In this document: one piece after another, positions 55,771-64,000 of the stretch
How positions within the stretch are numbered: position 1 is the first letter of the stretch
How the letters are laid out: every line of letters starts with the position of its first letter
DNA from: Phycisphaerales bacterium
GTDB taxonomy: Bacteria > Planctomycetota > Phycisphaerae > Phycisphaerales > SM1A02
Direction: 5' to 3'
Length of the DNA stretch: 64,000 bases
NCBI GenBank assembly: GCA_044354475.1
Contig: JBIKZY010000001.1
Location: forward strand, 10,233 to 74,232
The notes under the pieces: model-generated
Database searches by the model: none
What the model was told of the DNA's origin: nothing
Seen by the model: the letters and a program-made list of their open reading frames with translations, nothing else
Program-made: the position numbers and the translations under genes

Positions 55771-57645
55771 TCACCCGCCGCGCTTTGATTCCAATTCCTG
55801 CCAGCGCGCGTAGAGCGTGGTGACCGCCAGTTGCGCCACTTCAAGCGCTTGGCAGGCGGCGGCCATCTTGGCGTGATTGGCGGCGATGCCGGGTTCGCCA
55901 ACGCGGGCTTCAGCCAGGGCGTGCGCGCGTTCGGCGGCTTCAACGGCGGCTTCCATGCCGTCAAACTCGCGCTGCTCCTTGAAGTTCAGACGGCGGCGTT
56001 GGCTGGATACATCCGCGGCGGGTGACTGCGCTGCGGGGGCAGTGCTGCGCGCGGCGCGGTCGCGTTCTTGCACGCTGCGTTCGGCGCGTTCAAGTGATGC
56101 GAGCGCCTGATCAAGGCTGGCAACCACGGAAACCGATGCATCGGGGGCGCCGATCACCGCAATGGTCTTGGCAAGCCGCTTGAGCATGGTGCGGTCATGG
56201 GTGACCAGCAGCACGGCGCCTGGGAATGATTCGACGGCTTCTTCAAGCACTTCGAGCGTGGGGATATCAAGGTCGTTGGTGGGTTCGTCAAGCACCAAGA
56301 TGTCGGCGGGCTCAAGCATCATGGCGGCAATGTGCGCGCGTGCGCGTTCGCCGCCCGAGAGCGTGCCGATGGTCTGCAACAGTTGCGCGTCCTTGAACAG
56401 GAAGCGACGGCTCCATGCAGTGATATGCATGGGGCGACCTTGGAAATCAACAACATCGCCGTGCGGGCAGATGGCATCGCGGAGCAATGTGTCGGGCGGA
56501 ATGTCGGTGCGCTGCTGGCGCAAGACCACAATGCGCGGCTTTGGATCTGCAAAGCGCACGGTGCCGGCGTCGGCGGCAAGGTCGCCGCACAAGATGCGCA
56601 GCAGTGTGGTCTTGCCGCTGCCGTTGGGACCCATCAGACCAAGGCGATCGCCAGGGATGAGTTCCAAATCAAGATCACGGAAGAGTGTTCGTCCCTCAAA
56701 GCCCTTGGAAATACCGGTGGCATGCACCAAGCGACGCGTACGGCGACCGCTAGCGGTGAAGTCAACGCGCGCGCCACCGGCTCCGGCGGCGGCGTTGCGT
56801 TCGGCGATCGCGCCGAGTTCTTCGCGACGTTCTGCGCTGTCTTCAATGCGGCCCTTTGCCTTGGTGCGCCGCGCCTGGGCGCCGCGACCGAGCCAGGCGT
56901 CATCGATGCGCACTTCGTTGGCAAGCACTGCTTCGGCGCGCGCTTGCCCTTCTAAGAATTCACCGCGGCGGCGGAGGAACTCTGAGTAGTTTCCCTCGGC
57001 GGCAAGCGTGCCCTGCGGATAGGCGCGGCTCAGTTCCACCACGCGAGTGGCGACGCGCTCAAGAAATGCGCGGTCATGGGTGATGAAGACGCACGCACCG
57101 GCACGAATGTCGTTGGAGGCGCGTGAAAGAAACTGTTCAAGCCAGCGGATGCCTTCGACGTCCAGGTGGTTGGTTGGTTCATCCAAGAGCAAGAGGTCTG
57201 GCGTACCGCCCGCTTCGGCAAGTCCGCAGGCGATGGAGAGGCGCTTCTTCCAACCACCGGAGAGGCGCTCCACGGGTTCATCCATGCGCGCTTCGGGGAA
57301 GCCGAGTTTGCCAAGGATCATGCTGCCAAGCACCTCGGCTTCGTGATGATCGCCGTGCACGGACGCAGCCTTCATGGCGGCGGCGGTCGCGGCCATGCGC
57401 GGCGTGAGGCCATCGTCAAAGTCATCACGCTGCGGGACGTAGACGATCACTGCGCCGCGCTGCGTGCGCACGATGCCTTCGTCTGGCTCTTCCGCGCCGG
57501 CAAGCATGCGCAGGAGCGTGGACTTGCCCGCGCCGTTCGGGCCGATGAAACCCACGCGGTCGCCGTCGGCCACGCTGATACTGACCCCGTGAAAGAGTTC
57601 GCGCAGGCCGTGGGACTTGGAAAGATCAGTGGCGACGAGGAGCAT
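55771..57645 (-). CDS. ABC-F family ATPase (Uup-like, C-terminal coiled coil)
   Basis: It has two ABC cassettes (GPNGAGKSTLL/LSGGWKKRL and GPNGSGKTTLL/LSGGERARA) and no TM domain. The C-terminal tail is helical. Confidence 0.88.
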   Translation of the reverse strand: MLLVATDLSKSHGLRELFHGVSISVADGDRVGFIGPNGAGKSTLLRMLAGAEEPDEGIVRTQRGAVIVYVPQRDDFDDGLTPRMAATAAAMKAASVHGDHHEAEVLGSMILGKLGFPEARMDEPVERLSGGWKKRLSIACGLAEAGGTPDLLLLDEPTNHLDVEGIRWLEQFLSRASNDIRAGACVFITHDRAFLERVATRVVELSRAYPQGTLAAEGNYSEFLRRRGEFLEGQARAEAVLANEVRIDDAWLGRGAQARRTKAKGRIEDSAERREELGAIAERNAAAGAGGARVDFTASGRRTRRLVHATGISKGFEGRTLFRDLDLELIPGDRLGLMGPNGSGKTTLLRILCGDLAADAGTVRFADPKPRIVVLRQQRTDIPPDTLLRDAICPHGDVVDFQGRPMHITAWSRRFLFKDAQLLQTIGTLSGGERARAHIAAMMLEPADILVLDEPTNDLDIPTLEVLEEAVESFPGAVLLVTHDRTMLKRLAKTIAVIGAPDASVSVVASLDQALASLERAERSVQERDRAARSTAPAAQSPAADVSSQRRRLNFKEQREFDGMEAAVEAAERAHALAEARVGEPGIAANHAKMAAACQALEVAQLAVTTLYARWQELESKRGG

Positions 57646-57704
57646 GGGGAGCGGCACGCGCGGGGTGCCGGGGTGGGGATCATAGGTGGAGGTACAAAGC
57701 ACCA

Positions 57705-57731
57705 CCGCGCGCCTCTGAACGGGGCGCGCGG
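57705..57731 (-). terminator. GC-rich hairpin in the conserved 3' module of PEP-CTERM family C (copy 1)
   Basis: ccgcgcgcc-N9-ggcgcgcgg. The downstream T-tract is weak. Confidence 0.35.
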
Positions 57732-57765
57732 CGGAGAATGAGACGAAAGAGATCGAAGCCGAGGC

Positions 57766-58476
57766 TTAGCGACGACGGCGTGAGCCGACGAGGCCAGCGA
57801 CGCCGAGGAGCGCGATGGCGCCGGGGGCGGGGACGGCGGTGGTGGTTGCCGTCAACGTCAGGTCATCAATACGCCAATTGGCCGAGTTGGTGTTTGGGGA
57901 TCCAGATCCGCCGTAACCGTACAGGCGGAACGTCACGGGCGTCGCTGCCGTCAAACTTGCCGCCGTCGTTAGCGGCGCGGTCTTGTAGTACCAATTGTTG
58001 TTGGACAAGCTGGTAGCAGTCGCAAGATCGGAGGCGTAACCGTCTGCGCTCGAGCGGAGGGTGAACGAGACCGGAGCAGTGCCGGTTGATCGAGTACCAA
58101 ACCCCAACGCGGTCAGCGATCCAGAATATCCAGCATCCGCCGTCAATGTGAACTGGAAGTATGCGCTGCCACTCTCGCCGGTGACGAGCGCGCCGGTCCG
58201 AGCCGCTGCACCCGCAATGAACGTACCCGAAGCGGAGGTCGAGGTCCCATTGAGGTCGAACGTGTAGCCGGACGACGACGCAGTCTGTGTGATCATGACT
58301 GTGGAGCCGTTGTTGTTGCCCTGCGTCAGGTCGCCGACAGTGAGGTTGCCGACGTTGTTGGACGTGGGGCTGGCAGTGCCCATGTCCCAATACACCATTC
58401 CGGCCTGCGCCGCACTCGCTGCGATCATCGCGCAAGTTCCAACAGCCAGGAGGGTCATTGTGTTCATGTTCTTCAT
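57766..58476 (-). CDS. PEP-CTERM sorting domain protein, family C member 1
   Basis: An internal ATG gives MKNMNTMTLLAVGTCAMIAASAAQA. The C-terminus is VPAPGAIALLGVAGLVGSRRRR. Confidence 0.85.
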   Translation of the reverse strand: MKNMNTMTLLAVGTCAMIAASAAQAGMVYWDMGTASPTSNNVGNLTVGDLTQGNNNGSTVMITQTASSSGYTFDLNGTSTSASGTFIAGAAARTGALVTGESGSAYFQFTLTADAGYSGSLTALGFGTRSTGTAPVSFTLRSSADGYASDLATATSLSNNNWYYKTAPLTTAASLTAATPVTFRLYGYGGSGSPNTNSANWRIDDLTLTATTTAVPAPGAIALLGVAGLVGSRRRR

Positions 58477-58691
58477 ATTGAGCGTTCTTTCGATCGTTTG
58501 AGAGATACGGGGGACTAGGAAATGCAAGGAATGACCGCTATTGTTGATGTGAACGAAAATCACGGCGGTGATCCATCAGGGTTTGACAGATACTTTTTAG
58601 AATCGTGTTGCGGTGTAGCACGAGTGTGTGTGTCCGTGATTCGAGTGGAAGTCCAGTGTGTGTGGAGGCGGTGAAACACCACCGCGCGCCT

Positions 58692-58718
58692 CTGAACGGG
58701 GCGCGCGGCGGAGAGTGA
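58692..58718 (-). terminator. GC-rich hairpin in the conserved 3' module of PEP-CTERM family C (copy 2)
   Basis: It has the same hairpin as 57705-57731. Confidence 0.35.
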
Positions 58719-58742
58719 GACGAAGGAGAGCGAAGCCGAGGC

Positions 58743-59438
58743 TTAGCGACGACGGCGTGAGCCGACGAGGCCAGCGACGCCGAGGAGCGCGAGGGCGCCG
58801 GGGGCGGGGACGGCGGTACCAGAGACAACGATGTTGTCGACTCGACCAGTACCCCCAGCCGGGGAACTACCAGTCGGTGCAACAGTCGCGGTGAACCGAA
58901 TTCGAACATTTGCCGCATCATTCGCTCCCGCTGCGAGCGCCTGCGTTGTTGTGAACGAGCTTTGATAAGTGGTTGAATTCCAGGCAGTCGTGCTAGTCGA
59001 GACGCCAACGGTGTACGAAGCGACTACATCAGTAAATGAGCCGTTGTTGATGCTGACTTGGAACTTAAACGTCGCAGGACCTGTGCCACTGCGCGCCTGA
59101 TCCCAACTAACAGAAAGGTCCTGGTAGCCAGTTGTGGCGAACGAAACTTGGTAGTAGTCGCCGATAGCCCAGTTGTTGCTCGAGAATGAATTCGTACTAC
59201 CATTGCCAGAGGGGCTAGACCAAACTGTTGACGCCGACGCATGGACTCCGGTGAGATTGCTACCAACCTTGTTTGCACCGTCATTAGCTTCACCGACTGC
59301 GTAATTTGCACCTGTCAGCGTGCCTGTCAGCGCTGCAGGGATCGACCATCCGACGACGACCGCCGCATTCGCCGCACTCGCTGCGACCATCGCGCAAGTT
59401 CCAGCAGCCAAGAGCGTCATTGTGTTCATGTTCTTCAT
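58743..59438 (-). CDS. PEP-CTERM sorting domain protein, family C member 2
   Basis: The N-terminus is MKNMNTMTLLAAGTCAMVAASAANA and the C-terminus is VPAPGALALLGVAGLVGSRRRR. Confidence 0.88.
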   Translation of the reverse strand: MKNMNTMTLLAAGTCAMVAASAANAAVVVGWSIPAALTGTLTGANYAVGEANDGANKVGSNLTGVHASASTVWSSPSGNGSTNSFSSNNWAIGDYYQVSFATTGYQDLSVSWDQARSGTGPATFKFQVSINNGSFTDVVASYTVGVSTSTTAWNSTTYQSSFTTTQALAAGANDAANVRIRFTATVAPTGSSPAGGTGRVDNIVVSGTAVPAPGALALLGVAGLVGSRRRR

Positions 59439-59598
59439 ATTGAGTGTTCTTTCGATCGTTTGAGAAGTAAGGGGGACTAGGGGATTCGGGGAAAGACCTG
59501 TGTCACCTATGCAAACGAAAGGCAGAGGCTTGAACCATCATCGAAGTGCGTACTGTTGCGCTAGGAATGCGCTAAGACCGCAGTCGACTTCGTGCCAG

Positions 59599-60234
59599 TC
59601 AGCGACGCTTGCGCGTGCCGATGAGGCCAGCAACGCCCAAGAGCGCAAGTGCGCCCGGGGCGGGAACAACAGAGAAGGTGCCAGTACTGGTGGTGGTGGT
59701 GCCATTCACCTGTGAGGTCGAACCGTCGTACTGGTTGAAGTTGTAGGTAGTGGTAAAGGACACCGAGTAGCTGCCGTTGGGCAGACCCGCGGCGAGATTC
59801 ATGCCTTGGTAGCCAGCAACGAGCTGCCAGAAGCGGTTGTTGCCGCTGTTGCCAGTTTGATAGAGACCGTAGGTGTTGCTCGAGAGCTGCGATGAGCCCT
59901 GTGACAACGTCACCACCAGTGAGGCGATGTTGGCGCCGTCAAGCCAGTTATTGTTCGTGGTACCGCCGGGAGGAGTGCTGCCTCCGTTGTAGGCATAGTT
60001 CTCGAAATACCAATTCTGCAGGAGGAGCGACTGGCCAGTGAGGGCGTTGACCGAGCCGAAGTCGTAACCATTGAGGCGCGGATTCTGCCCTGCGCCGATG
60101 GCCGACACGTACGTGTTGCTGCTGCCGCCCGGGAGTTGGAACATGCCGGTGGCCTCAACTACGCCGACATCCGCATTGGCAACTGCGGTCAGCGATGCGA
60201 GGACGCACAACGATGAAATGTAGGTTCGGGTCAT
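59599..60234 (-). CDS. PEP-CTERM sorting domain protein (singleton)
   Basis: An internal ATG gives MTRTYISSLCVLASLTAVANA. The C-terminus is VPAPGALALLGVAGLIGTRKRR. Confidence 0.85.
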   Translation of the reverse strand: MTRTYISSLCVLASLTAVANADVGVVEATGMFQLPGGSSNTYVSAIGAGQNPRLNGYDFGSVNALTGQSLLLQNWYFENYAYNGGSTPPGGTTNNNWLDGANIASLVVTLSQGSSQLSSNTYGLYQTGNSGNNRFWQLVAGYQGMNLAAGLPNGSYSVSFTTTYNFNQYDGSTSQVNGTTTTSTGTFSVVPAPGALALLGVAGLIGTRKRR

Positions 60235-60474
60235 GAAAATGCTCCAAGAGGAAATGCGAGTGATTCGAGGAATTGAGGCGGAACCAAGAAAAGGGGAAGG
60301 TTCCGACTCAGCGAACGACGACGGAAGGACCCCGAAAGGGAAGGAATCCATCTGACACCCTTATGAACGAAATCTGCAGGTGCCACCCATCACGGATTCT
60401 GAATAAATCTCCAACCGGCCGACAATTGTTGGCCCAACCGCCCGTTGCAGCGCGTGGCGGCTATCGTTAACCCC

Positions 60475-61737
60475 ATGCCTGACACCCGCCAGCCCCCGGT
60501 TCCGCGCACTGCCTGCGTGGTCGGCGGGGGTCCGGCCGGGGCGGTTTCGGCGGCCGTTCTGGCCCGCCATGGCTGGCAGGTGACCCTTCTGGAGCGGCAG
60601 CCCGCGCCCCGGACAAAGTGCTGCGGCGAATGCCTGGTGCCCCGCGCCGCGGCGTGGCTCGCGGAGCTTGGCTTGGGGGACGCGCTGGAGCAGGCACGCG
60701 CCGGTTCCACGCGGGAGGTGCGCATGTTGGACGCTCGGGCCGGGAATGCACACCCTGTGTGGACGCACGCGTTTGGCGGTCAGCCGGGCGTGATCGTGCC
60801 GCGCGCGGCGTTCGATGCAGCGTTGCGCGATGGGGCCCGCCGCGCGGGAGCCGCGATTTACGCGGGGCGCGGAGCGAAGCTCATCCAAGCGGGTGGAGAT
60901 GTCGGCGCGCAGGTGGGCGGACGTGTCGCGGGTGGCGCGCTTGCGACCAGCGCATCGGTAGACGGCGCGCGGATTGGCGCCCCAGCGGTCGTGACCATCA
61001 CCGCGCTCAACGATCCATCAGTGGCGCCGCGTGATGTGCACTTTGATCTGGTGGTGGCGGCGGACGGAGTGGGCAGCGCCATCGCGCGCGCCGCCGGACT
61101 GGCGCCCACGACAATGGGCTCGCGCGCCGGTTGGAGCTTTACGTTCGAACAATGCACTGACGACCACACGTTGGCACCAGCAGGAACCATCGAACTGATT
61201 CTCTTTGGAAGCGCGTACCTAGGCCTGGTACGGCGCGGGCATGTGGTGCACATGGCGGCGATTGTGGAGCGCGGTGATCGTTGGCCGTCGGCGCCCGCGG
61301 AGGCGCTGCGCATGATGGCCACGCGCGCGCCGCAGTTGGCGCGGTTTCTTGCGCACTATGAAGCATCGCAACCGCTGCCCGCGTTGGAAGCGGCATGCGG
61401 TCCACTGCCTTGGCAACCGCGCGCCGTTACGGCGGGTCGCGTGGCGCTGGTTGGTGATGCGGCGGGCTACGCAGAGCCGTATACCGGTGAAGGAATGGGC
61501 TGGGCGATCGAAGGTGCCATGCTGCTCGGCGAGTGTTTCCGCGACGGATGGACCGCGGCGGCGGCAGCGGAATACCAACGGAGATGGCGCGCCACGGTTG
61601 GCCGCGCGCAAACACACAACTTGCGCGTGGGCATGTTGCTGCGCGGCGGACGAGTAGCGGCACACGCCACACGCGCGGCGGTGAAACTTGCACCGTGGGC
61701 TGCGCGACGCGCCAGCGAAATAGTGGTGGGCGCGTGA
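60475..61737 (+). CDS. FAD-dependent oxidoreductase (geranylgeranyl-reductase-like)
   Basis: The dinucleotide-binding motif is VVGGGPAGAVSAAVLARHGWQVTLLER. The second motif is LVGDAAGYAEPYTGEGMGWA. Confidence 0.8.
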   Translation: MPDTRQPPVPRTACVVGGGPAGAVSAAVLARHGWQVTLLERQPAPRTKCCGECLVPRAAAWLAELGLGDALEQARAGSTREVRMLDARAGNAHPVWTHAFGGQPGVIVPRAAFDAALRDGARRAGAAIYAGRGAKLIQAGGDVGAQVGGRVAGGALATSASVDGARIGAPAVVTITALNDPSVAPRDVHFDLVVAADGVGSAIARAAGLAPTTMGSRAGWSFTFEQCTDDHTLAPAGTIELILFGSAYLGLVRRGHVVHMAAIVERGDRWPSAPAEALRMMATRAPQLARFLAHYEASQPLPALEAACGPLPWQPRAVTAGRVALVGDAAGYAEPYTGEGMGWAIEGAMLLGECFRDGWTAAAAAEYQRRWRATVGRAQTHNLRVGMLLRGGRVAAHATRAAVKLAPWAARRASEIVVGA

Positions 61738-62849
61738 GTACACCCCGTCCATTGCTACACGCGCCGGGAGTGGCAACACCAACGTTGGTGCGCGCGCAAG
61801 CGGACATTGCAGCAGAACAAGCGGAGCGTCTGGGGCTTTCATCCACGGCGCAGCAATTCTTGGCACGCGTGGTGGCTGGCAGCGGCATCGAACAGCGTGC
61901 CGCAGTGTTGCCGCTGGCTGATGTGTTACACATGAGTACCGCTGAGCGCATGCATGCGTTCCACGTGCATGCGCCGCCGCTGGCCGAACGCGCCGCGCGG
62001 CAGGCGTTAGTGAACGCGGGAATTGGCGCGCAAGACATCACCGATCTGATCATCGTCACCTGCACTGGGTTTCGCTCGCCGGGCGTTGGCTTGGCGATCG
62101 CTCAATCGATGGGTATGCGTGATTCCGTGCGGCACATGCAGGTGGGATTCATGGGCTGCTTCGGCGGCGTCACCGGACTGCGTGCTGCTGCTGGTCTGGC
62201 CTGTGCCGATCCAGAGGCGCGCGTTCTCTTGGTGTGCGTGGAACTGTGCTCGCTGCACTTTCGACCCGATGCTGATCCACAGAACTTGGTGGCGATCACA
62301 CTCTTTGCTGATGGCGCGGCGGCGGCGGTGATTTCCTGCGCGCAGTTGCCGGGCGCGGCGATGGCGGCGATCGGTGCTGGACGCAGCCGCGTTATTCCGG
62401 GCACGGAAGATCACATGACGTGGACCGTGACTGACAGCGGGTTTGCCATGACGTTGGCGCGCGAGGTTCCAGAAGCAGTGGAACACGCCATGCGTGAGTT
62501 CGCGGGGCCGGACGCGGCGGTGATCTTGCATCCGGGCGGCGCGGGCATCATTGATGCATGCGTGCGTGCCGGCGTGGTGCGCGCGGGTGAGCCGAGTGCC
62601 GAGGTTCCGCGTGCGGTGTTGCGGGAGCATGGCAACATGTCAAGCGGAACGGTGCTCTTTGTACTGGAGCGGATGTGGCGATCGGCGGGCGCTGCAGACG
62701 GCGCTGCTCCATCCGCCCTGCCCCAACCAGCGTTAGTCACGGCGTTTGGCCCGGGATTGACGGTGGATTCCGTGATGCTGCTGCAACCCAACGTGCCCGC
62801 TATGGCCGAGCGCCACGCGCCCGCGACGCTGATCACCGCCAATACATGA
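61734..62849 (+). CDS. type III polyketide synthase (chalcone/stilbene synthase family)
   Basis: GTG at 61734 overlaps the upstream stop (GTGA). The catalytic triad contexts are IIVTCTGFRSPG (Cys), ILHPGGAGII (His) and HGNMSSGTVLFVL (Asn). Confidence 0.85.
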   Translation: MSTPRPLLHAPGVATPTLVRAQADIAAEQAERLGLSSTAQQFLARVVAGSGIEQRAAVLPLADVLHMSTAERMHAFHVHAPPLAERAARQALVNAGIGAQDITDLIIVTCTGFRSPGVGLAIAQSMGMRDSVRHMQVGFMGCFGGVTGLRAAAGLACADPEARVLLVCVELCSLHFRPDADPQNLVAITLFADGAAAAVISCAQLPGAAMAAIGAGRSRVIPGTEDHMTWTVTDSGFAMTLAREVPEAVEHAMREFAGPDAAVILHPGGAGIIDACVRAGVVRAGEPSAEVPRAVLREHGNMSSGTVLFVLERMWRSAGAADGAAPSALPQPALVTAFGPGLTVDSVMLLQPNVPAMAERHAPATLITANT

Positions 62850-64000
62850 TGGTGACGGGGCCGACCGACTCAGAGCTGTCGGCTGCAGGAAGTCCAGGAG
62901 TCTGCGCCAAGCGTTCGAGTTCATGGGTTGAACCGAGTACGGCGATGGATTGTGCAGGGGCGAGCGCTTTGGTGGCAAGCACCTTGGCCGCCACGGCAGA
63001 CCATGCGATCTTGCGCGATTCCTCGTGCGGAAGATTGAGTTCGTTATCAAACTCGCCGGGCGGGCCGGCAATCACCAGGTCGCGGCGACCGGTGACCCAG
63101 GAAAGTGCGTGCGCAGGTGCTGCACTGGTCACCAACACATTGGCTGATCGCAATTCTGCAGCGTGGCGCTCTAAGAGCGGCCATGGATGCTTCATAGCGG
63201 TGAGCGCGGCTTCGGGATAAAGGAATGGGATGACAAGCAAGACGGGCGCGGGAGCAAGTGCCGTGCGTAGGAGCCACGTGCGCGGATCGGTGGCCTTCCA
63301 ACTCCACACATCAAGTTGCGCCCACAGGAGGAGCGCGGCGCCGATGTACGTGAAGCGCAGTGACTCACCGGAATCCCACAAGATGGGAATGCCGAAGCGG
63401 CGCCCACCGGCGATGGCGATGATGAACGCAGCAACCGCGGCAATGCGCACCAGCGTGCGCGCAAAGACTGCCAGGCGATCCGGCATAACTCGCTCTGAGG
63501 CGCGGGCGCGGAGCAGCCCGATGGCAACCAGCACTGCGACTGGCGCAAAGAGCGGTAGCACGTAGGTGGGCAGTTTGCCGCTACTCAATGAAAGAAGTGT
63601 GATCGGTGCGATCACCCACGCGGCCATGAAGCGCATGCCACTGCGCCATTCGGTGGCATCGCGCAGACCTTTCCATGCGTTGGGCCACGCAAGTGTCCAC
63701 AACATGGCGCCGATCGGGAACAACACTACGAATGTCCACCACGGTTCCGGATGCTGATTGGAATCCGGGCTGGCAACGCGCCGGAAATGTTCGACCACGA
63801 TGAAGTATTCCCAGAAGCCCGGCTCGGCACGGTGGATCATCCATGCGAACGGCGCGATGGTGACGGCGGCGGCGCCGAGTGGAATCCACGGCATGGTGAG
63901 CATGTCCTTCCAGCGCCGCTCCCATGCCAGGAACAGCAGCGCGGTGACGCCGGGAATTGCGAAGGCCAGCAACCCTTTGGTGAGGAACGCGAATCCGGCA
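62833..64000 (-). CDS. ArnT-like (GT39/GT83-type) polyprenyl-phosphate-dependent glycosyltransferase, N-terminus outside the window
   Basis: The frame stays open to the window edge (..AGFAFLTKGLLAFAIPG.., similar to the ArnT loop motif). It is polytopic. It overlaps the PKS gene convergently by 17 bp. Confidence 0.65.
   Translation of the reverse strand, partial: AGFAFLTKGLLAFAIPGVTALLFLAWERRWKDMLTMPWIPLGAAAVTIAPFAWMIHRAEPGFWEYFIVVEHFRRVASPDSNQHPEPWWTFVVLFPIGAMLWTLAWPNAWKGLRDATEWRSGMRFMAAWVIAPITLLSLSSGKLPTYVLPLFAPVAVLVAIGLLRARASERVMPDRLAVFARTLVRIAAVAAFIIAIAGGRRFGIPILWDSGESLRFTYIGAALLLWAQLDVWSWKATDPRTWLLRTALAPAPVLLVIPFLYPEAALTAMKHPWPLLERHAAELRSANVLVTSAAPAHALSWVTGRRDLVIAGPPGEFDNELNLPHEESRKIAWSAVAAKVLATKALAPAQSIAVLGSTHELERLAQTPGLPAADSSESVGPVTIMYWR

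Noticed and set aside
24525-60351. Longest-ORF N-terminal extensions of PEP-CTERM genes (for example ..FPFPFPFP.. at 25185-25298, ..LFLFLFLFLF.. at 47576-47701, and extensions at 58477-58563 and 60235-60351)
   Set aside because: They are translations of the pyrimidine-rich leader repeats. Internal ATGs preceded by GGAG-type sites give canonical signal peptides and align with the paralogs.

Overview
High-GC bacterial chromosomal window, roughly 53-58% GC in hand-counted backbone lines, with a richer block at 20.1-23.1 kb and a poorer islet at 28.7-30.4 kb. It is dominated by secreted and cell-surface proteins that use two different C-terminal anchors. Eleven proteins end in a PEP-CTERM sorting signal (VPAPGA..LLGLAGL..RRRR), and five of these belong to one ~185-aa family. 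Five large beta-propeller or enzyme fusions end in a doubled dockerin-like module (D-x-N/D-x-DG-x-VNG-x-DLG-x-LL-x-WG-x-C). This combination suggests a Planctomycetota/Phycisphaerae-like organism, which is inference only. Housekeeping and accessory genes include an ECF sigma factor, a tricorn-type protease with a large insertion, and two tandem TPR-sulfotransferases. Others are tRNA-Gly(GCC), an fdhD / YdeP-like molybdoenzyme / mobA operon, gldA, DUF485-actP and YceI. The right end carries thioredoxin-fold proteins, a GAF-GGDEF-EAL protein, an ABC-F ATPase, and an FAD-oxidoreductase plus type III polyketide synthase pair beside an ArnT-like glycosyltransferase. The most unusual structure is the two ends of one IS3-family element. 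The left end is IRL plus the orfA N-terminus at 21403-21590, and the right end is the orfB C-terminus plus IRR at 28340-28697. They share orientation and have matching inverted repeats, but enclose 6.7 kb of four surface or membrane genes instead of a transposase. Other observations are an orphan terminator marking a lost paralog, a low-GC islet encoding an 18-aa-repeat protein, a 16-bp tandem array built from a terminator arm, and shared pyrimidine-rich leaders on PEP-CTERM genes. All homology calls come from reading motifs by eye. No searches were run.
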